From NCBI GenBank assembly GCA_018713105.1, contig DVFT01000197.1:11383-75382 (forward strand): a stretch of 64,000 nucleotides of DNA. The letters run 5' to 3'. This stretch comes from Candidatus Limivivens merdigallinarum. GTDB lineage: Bacteria > Bacillota > Clostridia > Lachnospirales > Lachnospiraceae. Below, one piece after another: positions 58,432 to 64,000 of the stretch; positions within the stretch are counted from its first letter, which is position 1; every line of letters starts with the position of its first letter. The notes under the pieces are model-generated. The model was not told where the DNA came from. It made no database searches and saw only the letters and a list, made by a program, of their open reading frames with translations. Made by a program: the position numbers and the translations under genes.

Positions 58432-59511
58432 ATGGGCCGCAAAAAAGGCAGCATAGACATCACACTCCTGATAGTGGTGATCATCCTGGTCCTTTTCGGG
58501 CTGGTCACCTTGTTAAGCACCAGCGCATACAACGGGCAGGTCAAGTTTGATGACCCTGCCTATTATTTCAAAAAACAACTGTTTGCCGCAGCTTTGGGAT
58601 TTGCCGCGATGTATGTGATCTCCCGGATGGATTACCACATCCTGGAGAGATGGGCGTTTCCCGTATACCTGGTCTCCCTGGCTCTTTCCGGGCTGGTCCT
58701 GGTGGTGGGCGATTCCATCAACGGTTCCAAACGGTGGCTGTCTTTCGGTCCCCTTTCCTTTCAGCCTTCGGAGTTTGCAAAGCTGGCGGTGATCTTAGTT
58801 TTGGCGAGAACCATCAGCAGGAAAAGCGGGAAGAAGCAGGGAATCCTGGAGCTCTTTCGGATCCTCATCCTGGTTCTGCCCATCGTAGGGCTGGTGGGAT
58901 CCAACAATCTGAGCACGGCGGTGATCATTCTCGGGATTGCCGTGATCCTGGTCTTTATCTCCAATCCCAGATATCTTCCGTTCCTGGGGCTGATGGCGTT
59001 GGGGGTGGGCTTTATCGCCGTGTTTCTGGGGATGGAGAGTTATCGCCTGGAGCGGCTGGCAATCTGGAGAGATCCGGAAAGCTACGAGAAAGGCTTCCAG
59101 ACCATCCAGGGGCTGTATGCCATCGGTTCAGGAGGGCTGTTCGGGAACGGCCTGGGGGAGAGCATCCAGAAACTGGGCTTCGTGCCGGAAGCGCAGAATG
59201 ATATGATCTTCTCGATTATCTGTGAGGAGCTGGGGCTTGTGGGCGCGGGAATCCTGATCCTGGTTTTCCTGCTTTTGATCTGGAGATTTATGGTCAGCGC
59301 AGAACATGCCCAGGATCTGTTTGGCTCCCTGATCTCAGCCGGCGTCATGGCACATATCGCGATCCAGGTAATCCTGAATGTGGCCGTGGTGACCAATACG
59401 ATTCCAAACACCGGAATCACCCTTCCTTTTGTCAGTTACGGAGGAACGTCCTTTCTGTTCCTTCTCTCCGAAATGGGACTGGTATTGTCGGTGAGCCGGT
59501 GGCAAAAATAA
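58432..59511 (+). CDS. SEDS glycosyltransferase FtsW/SpoVE
   Basis: GSKRW, FQPSEFAK, GSGG, PEAQND-IF-IICEELG, LPFVSYGGTS. Confidence 0.93.
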   Translation: MGRKKGSIDITLLIVVIILVLFGLVTLLSTSAYNGQVKFDDPAYYFKKQLFAAALGFAAMYVISRMDYHILERWAFPVYLVSLALSGLVLVVGDSINGSKRWLSFGPLSFQPSEFAKLAVILVLARTISRKSGKKQGILELFRILILVLPIVGLVGSNNLSTAVIILGIAVILVFISNPRYLPFLGLMALGVGFIAVFLGMESYRLERLAIWRDPESYEKGFQTIQGLYAIGSGGLFGNGLGESIQKLGFVPEAQNDMIFSIICEELGLVGAGILILVFLLLIWRFMVSAEHAQDLFGSLISAGVMAHIAIQVILNVAVVTNTIPNTGITLPFVSYGGTSFLFLLSEMGLVLSVSRWQK

Positions 59512-59558
59512 GTTTTCTGCATAAGATGGTATATAAGGCAGAAAACGGGGGAATCTTT

Positions 59559-60818
59559 TTGGAATGGATAGAAGTATCAGGCGGCAGGCCGCTGAACGGA
59601 GTTTTGAAAGTGCAGGGCTCCAAGAATGCTGCACTGCCCATATTGGCTGGTTCCCTGCTGCATAAGGGCAGGACCATTCTTCACCACTGTCCCAGGATCC
59701 AGGATGTGGACTCCATGGTCGCGATCCTGAGGGATCTGGGCTGTGAGGTTACATGGGAGGCGGATTCCCTTACCATCGATGCGGGAAACTTGTGCAGCTT
59801 TTATGTTCCGCATCAATGGGGAGAAAAAATGCGTTCTTCCGTCATTCTCCTCGGGAGCCTTTTGGGAAGGCTGGGAAAGGCGAATCTCCCCTATCCCGGA
59901 GGATGTACCATCGGGGAACGCCCCATTGACATCCACCTGGCAGCCCTTGGCGAGATGGGGGTCCGGATCACTTCAAAGGAACATCGCTTTGAAGCAGCGG
60001 CAGAGGAGCTGACCGGAAAAAGGCTTCGCCTGCGGTTTCCAAGCGTCGGCGCCACCGAAAATGTAATCCTGGCGGCGGTCCTGGCAAAGGGCAGAACCAT
60101 TCTGGAGAATGGCGCAAGGGAACCGGAGATCGAGGAACTCTTAAGATTCCTGAAGGGAAAAGGTGCAAGGATTGAGGAAAAAGAAGGCGTCTATGTGATC
60201 GACGGCGTGGAGGAGCTTTCGGACAGCGAATTCTGCCTGGTCTCGGATCGGATTGTCGCGGGGACTTATCTGTTCGCGGCGGCTGCTACGAGAGGGGCAA
60301 TCTGCCTTGAGGATGCACCCGTCAGACATATGACGGCTGTATTGGATGCCCTGCGCAGGATGGGAGCTGTGATCCGCATCGGCGGCGGAACGATTTTGAT
60401 GGATGGAAGAAAGGCAGGGATGCCGATTCCTTATTTAAAGACCGAGCCGTATCCGGGTTTTCCTACAGATCTGCAGTCTCCGCTTCTGGCGGCTCTGGCA
60501 GTGGCAGAGGGAGAAAGCTGTGTGGAAGAAACTATTTTTGAGGCAAGGTTTCATGTAGTCCGCCATTTGAATCGTATGGGGGCGGATATCCGCGTCGATG
60601 GGAACAGAGCTTCCTTAAAGGGGGTTGGGAAAATTCACGGCACCTATGTAAAAGCGGAAGAACTGAGAGGTGGAGCTGCCTTGCTGGTGGCTGCCCTGGC
60701 AGCGGAAGGAACGACCTTGCTTGAGGAACCCGGGTATATCCGGCGGGGATATGAAGATATCTTTGCGGACTTCAGACGTCTGGGAGCTTCCATTCGACAT
60801 CATCAGTACGGGGGATAA
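59559..60818 (+). CDS. murA: UDP-GlcNAc 1-carboxyvinyltransferase (dcw-located copy)
   Basis: GSKNAALP, PGGCTIGERP (catalytic Cys), SVGATEN, PYPGFPTDLQ, RGYE; TTG start. Confidence 0.93.
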   Translation: MEWIEVSGGRPLNGVLKVQGSKNAALPILAGSLLHKGRTILHHCPRIQDVDSMVAILRDLGCEVTWEADSLTIDAGNLCSFYVPHQWGEKMRSSVILLGSLLGRLGKANLPYPGGCTIGERPIDIHLAALGEMGVRITSKEHRFEAAAEELTGKRLRLRFPSVGATENVILAAVLAKGRTILENGAREPEIEELLRFLKGKGARIEEKEGVYVIDGVEELSDSEFCLVSDRIVAGTYLFAAAATRGAICLEDAPVRHMTAVLDALRRMGAVIRIGGGTILMDGRKAGMPIPYLKTEPYPGFPTDLQSPLLAALAVAEGESCVEETIFEARFHVVRHLNRMGADIRVDGNRASLKGVGKIHGTYVKAEELRGGAALLVAALAAEGTTLLEEPGYIRRGYEDIFADFRRLGASIRHHQYGG

Positions 60819-60819
60819 A

Positions 60820-61863
60820 ATGAACCAGAAAAAGAAACGACGACACAGAAAAAAATATATCAAGATTGCAGTGCTTCTGCTGATTGCGGTTCTGGCAATC
60901 ACCGCTCTGACGGTATTCGGGCTGTTCCGGGTATCGGAGCTTGTGATTTCGGGAAATGAACACTACACCGCGACAGAGGTTCAACAGGCCATTATGCAGG
61001 ATGGTCTGTGCCAGAACACGCTCTACCTTCTCTGGAAGTTCCAGGATAAGGAGAGGACGGAAGAAGCACTGCCGTTCCTTAGCGGCATCGAGGTGAGAAT
61101 GGTATCCCCCTTCAAGGTGGAGGTTCAGGTTTACGAAAAACCAGAGGTGGCATACATCCAGGCGCAGGGAACATATATCTATTTTGACCGGGAAGGCGTG
61201 GTGATGCAGACCTCGGAACAAATCTATGAGGACATTCCTGAGGTCAGCGGTATAACTGTGGATGAGGTGACGCTGTATGAGCGGCTGAAGGTGACGGACG
61301 AGGAAAAATTCGATGACGTAGTCACCCTGGCATCTGCGCTGAACAGGGAGAATCTCATTCCCGATGAGATCCGCTATTCCACCAGGGACGAGCTGATCGT
61401 GATCTTCGGAAATCTGAACGTGATCATGGGTGACGGGACAGATCTGGAAGGGAAGGTAACGGCTCTGAAATCCATCCTGCCCAATATTGAGGAGGAGAAG
61501 GGCATCATCTATATGGAAGATTATTCGGAAGACTCCCAGACCGTGACCTATCGGGAGAACGCGGTTCTTGAGACCGAGCCCGCCACCAATGCGGATGGGG
61601 AGGTGGTGGAAACCGAGGAAACTACCGGAACGGAGACTGGGACAGAGGCCGCCTCAGGCACGACGGAAAGCAGCCAGGGACCCACGTACCAGGAATCCGA
61701 TGGAACCTTTGCTACGGATTCGGAAGGCAACGAATACTATATGGACAAAAACGGAAATATCACCTATAATATCGATCAGTACAATTATACGGACGAAAAC
61801 GGGGAAATCATCACCGACGGGTACGGATACATCGATCCGTATACGGGAGCCTACATTATATAA
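60820..61863 (+). CDS. divIB: DivIB/FtsQ with acidic DxxG-repeat C-tail
   Basis: Basic N-terminus, TM, POTRA-like ISGNEHY, V-VYE, YFDREG; directly upstream of ftsZ. Confidence 0.85.
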   Translation: MNQKKKRRHRKKYIKIAVLLLIAVLAITALTVFGLFRVSELVISGNEHYTATEVQQAIMQDGLCQNTLYLLWKFQDKERTEEALPFLSGIEVRMVSPFKVEVQVYEKPEVAYIQAQGTYIYFDREGVVMQTSEQIYEDIPEVSGITVDEVTLYERLKVTDEEKFDDVVTLASALNRENLIPDEIRYSTRDELIVIFGNLNVIMGDGTDLEGKVTALKSILPNIEEEKGIIYMEDYSEDSQTVTYRENAVLETEPATNADGEVVETEETTGTETGTEAASGTTESSQGPTYQESDGTFATDSEGNEYYMDKNGNITYNIDQYNYTDENGEIITDGYGYIDPYTGAYII

Positions 61864-61907
61864 TCCCCGGGGTTTCCGAAAAAAAATCAGGAATTTTCAA
61901 AAATGAC

Positions 61908-61936
61908 TTGATAATTTAGGCAAAACCCTATATGAT
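61908..61936 (+). promoter_or_regulatory. SigA promoter of ftsZ
   Basis: TTGATA-17-TATGAT. Confidence 0.65.
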
Positions 61937-62029
61937 ATATCTTATAGATTACGATAGTAGGCTTAGTATGCCCATGGTAGTCGAATATGTATGAAATAGG
62001 TATACAGAGGCGAGAAGGAGGAAATACCC

Positions 62030-63217
62030 TTGTTAGAGATTATGACTAATGAAACAGAGTCTGCTGCAAAGATTATCGTCATCGGTGTCGGCGGAGCAGG
62101 TAATAATGCTGTGAATAGAATGGTAGATGAAACCATCGGCGGAGTGGAATTCGTCGGTGTCAATACAGATAAACAGGCGCTGCAGCTCTGCAAAGCTCCG
62201 ACCACGATCCAGATCGGGGAGAAGCTGACCAAGGGTCTTGGAGCCGGCGCAAAGCCTGAGATTGGGGAACAGGCGGCACAGGAAAGCACAGAAGATATCA
62301 AGCAGGTCATCCAGGGGGCGGATATGGTGTTCGTTACCTGCGGTATGGGCGGCGGCACCGGTACGGGCGCAGCTCCCATCGTAGCCGGTCTTGCCAAAGA
62401 TATGGGAATCCTGACGGTCGGGGTAGTTACAAAGCCTTTTCGCTTTGAGGCGAAGACACGTATGAACAATGCCCTGATGGGGATCGAGAAGCTGAAACAG
62501 AATGTGGATACGCTGATCGTGATTCCCAATGACAAGCTTCTGGAGATTGTGGACCGGCGGACTACCATGCCGGAGGCTCTGAAGAAAGCGGATGAGGTGC
62601 TTCAGCAGGCAGTGCAGGGCATCACGGATCTGATCAATATGCCGGCACTTATCAATCTGGACTTTGCAGATGTCCAGACAGTCATGACCAACAAGGGCAT
62701 TGCACATATCGGTATTGGACAGGCAAAGGGAGACGACAAGGCGATGGAAGCAGTAAAGCAGGCAGTATCCAGCCCGCTGCTTGAGACGACCATCGAGGGC
62801 GCTACCGATGTCATCATCAATATTTCCGGAGATATTTCCCTGATGGATGCCAACGATGCAGCCAGCTATGTGGAAGAATTGGTTGGCGAGGACGCTAATA
62901 TTATTTTTGGCGCAATGTATGACGATACTTATGCGGACGAGGCAAGCATCACCGTCATTGCGACGGGGCTTCATTCTGAGACAGAAGAGGAGGCTCAGCC
63001 TGCGGTGGGCAAGAAGATCGTACCGGAGTACACTTCTTCCTTTGCTCCCAAGGAGAGAGCGACGGTGAGCACTTTCCCGAAGAGAGTGGCTCCTCAGACC
63101 AGAACCACCCAGACTCCGGGCACGTCAGGCAGCCCGAGCTTTGGACAGCTCCGTACTCCGGAGAGCAAAATTCAGGAAAAAGATATTCAGATTCCTGACT
63201 TTTTGAAGAGGAGATAA
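62030..63217 (+). CDS. ftsZ: Cell division protein FtsZ
   Basis: [24 protein letters not shown]-terminal IPDFLKRR. Confidence 0.98.
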   Translation: MLEIMTNETESAAKIIVIGVGGAGNNAVNRMVDETIGGVEFVGVNTDKQALQLCKAPTTIQIGEKLTKGLGAGAKPEIGEQAAQESTEDIKQVIQGADMVFVTCGMGGGTGTGAAPIVAGLAKDMGILTVGVVTKPFRFEAKTRMNNALMGIEKLKQNVDTLIVIPNDKLLEIVDRRTTMPEALKKADEVLQQAVQGITDLINMPALINLDFADVQTVMTNKGIAHIGIGQAKGDDKAMEAVKQAVSSPLLETTIEGATDVIINISGDISLMDANDAASYVEELVGEDANIIFGAMYDDTYADEASITVIATGLHSETEEEAQPAVGKKIVPEYTSSFAPKERATVSTFPKRVAPQTRTTQTPGTSGSPSFGQLRTPESKIQEKDIQIPDFLKRR

Positions 63218-63225
63218 AAAGCTGA

Positions 63226-63257
63226 AAAATGGGACCGTATCTATGCGGTCCCATTTT
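63226..63257 (+). terminator. ftsZ terminator
   Basis: AAAATGGGACCGTA/TGCGGTCCCATTTT. Confidence 0.75.
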
Positions 63258-63304
63258 ACACATAGACATGCGCAAAGCGCAGTGAGTAAAAGGAGGAATA
63301 AGGA

Positions 63305-64000
63305 ATGAGAATTCTAGTGACAGGCGGTGCAGGCTACATCGGAAGCCATACGTGCATCGAGCTTCTGGCGGAAGGGCACGACGTGGTGGTCGTGGACAAT
63401 CTCTACAATTCCAGTGAGAAAGCCATAGAGCGTGTGGAGGAAATCTCAGGAAAGAAGGTAACCTTCTACAAAGAAGATCTGCTCAACAAGGAAGGGCTGA
63501 ACCGGATCTTTGACCAGGAGAAGGTAGATTCGGTCATCCATTTCGCTGGCCTGAAGGCGGTAGGGGAGTCTGTCCAGAAGCCGCTGGAGTATTACCATAA
63601 CAACATGACGGGAACCTTCTATCTCTGTGACGTCATGAGAAACCACGGGGTCAAGAATATTATCTTCAGTTCCTCCGCAACGGTTTACGGCGATCCGGCG
63701 TTCGTTCCCATCACAGAGGAATGCCCCAAGGGAAAGATCACGAATCCCTATGGGCAGACCAAGGGGATGCTGGAGCAGGTGCTGACCGATCTGCATACCG
63801 CGGATCCTGAGTGGAACGTGGTGCTCCTGCGCTATTTCAATCCCATCGGCGCTCATCCAAGCGGACTGATCGGGGAGGATCCCAAGGGAATCCCCAACAA
63901 CCTGGTTCCCTATGTGGCACAGGTGGCAGTGGGCAAGCTGAAATGCGTCGGCGTGTTCGGAAATGACTATGACACCCCGGATGGAACCGGAGTCCGCGAC
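63305..64000 (+). CDS. galE: UDP-glucose 4-epimerase (3' truncated by window; absent from ORF track)
   Basis: Manual translation MRILVTGGAGYIGSHT...HFAGLKAVGES...FSSSATVYG...NPYGQTK...LRYFNP...RD. Confidence 0.95.
   Translation, partial: MRILVTGGAGYIGSHTCIELLAEGHDVVVVDNLYNSSEKAIERVEEISGKKVTFYKEDLLNKEGLNRIFDQEKVDSVIHFAGLKAVGESVQKPLEYYHNNMTGTFYLCDVMRNHGVKNIIFSSSATVYGDPAFVPITEECPKGKITNPYGQTKGMLEQVLTDLHTADPEWNVVLLRYFNPIGAHPSGLIGEDPKGIPNNLVPYVAQVAVGKLKCVGVFGNDYDTPDGTGVRD

Noticed and set aside
61955-61990. SigH promoter before ftsZ (GTCGAAT)
   Set aside because: No AGGA element at the correct 17-18 nt spacing.

Overview
Mostly core chromosome of a spore-forming, Lachnospiraceae-like clostridium (inferred from gene content and order). 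It carries the 3' part of purL, five tRNAs, ispF-cysS-mrnC-rlmB, truA, argS, murE-priA-def-fmt-rsmB-rlmN-stp-pknB-rsgA-rpe-thiN, ychF, lgt, a dcw cluster (mraZ to ftsZ) and the start of galE. An accessory stretch (about 13.3-33.6 kb) holds four things: (1) a BsaA/TasA-like protein, a non-RD membrane Ser/Thr kinase and a large Ig-repeat membrane protein behind sporulation-sigma-like motifs; (2) a LacI-controlled AKR/dehydrogenase/FGGY kinase sugar module with visible operators; (3) yqeB, a desulfurase and feoAB; (4) a ~240 bp multi-hairpin element next to a methyltransferase pseudogene broken at an apparent 11-bp microhomology. No CRISPR array, integrase, transposase or rRNA was seen. Product calls rest on motifs recognised by eye; no database searches were run.
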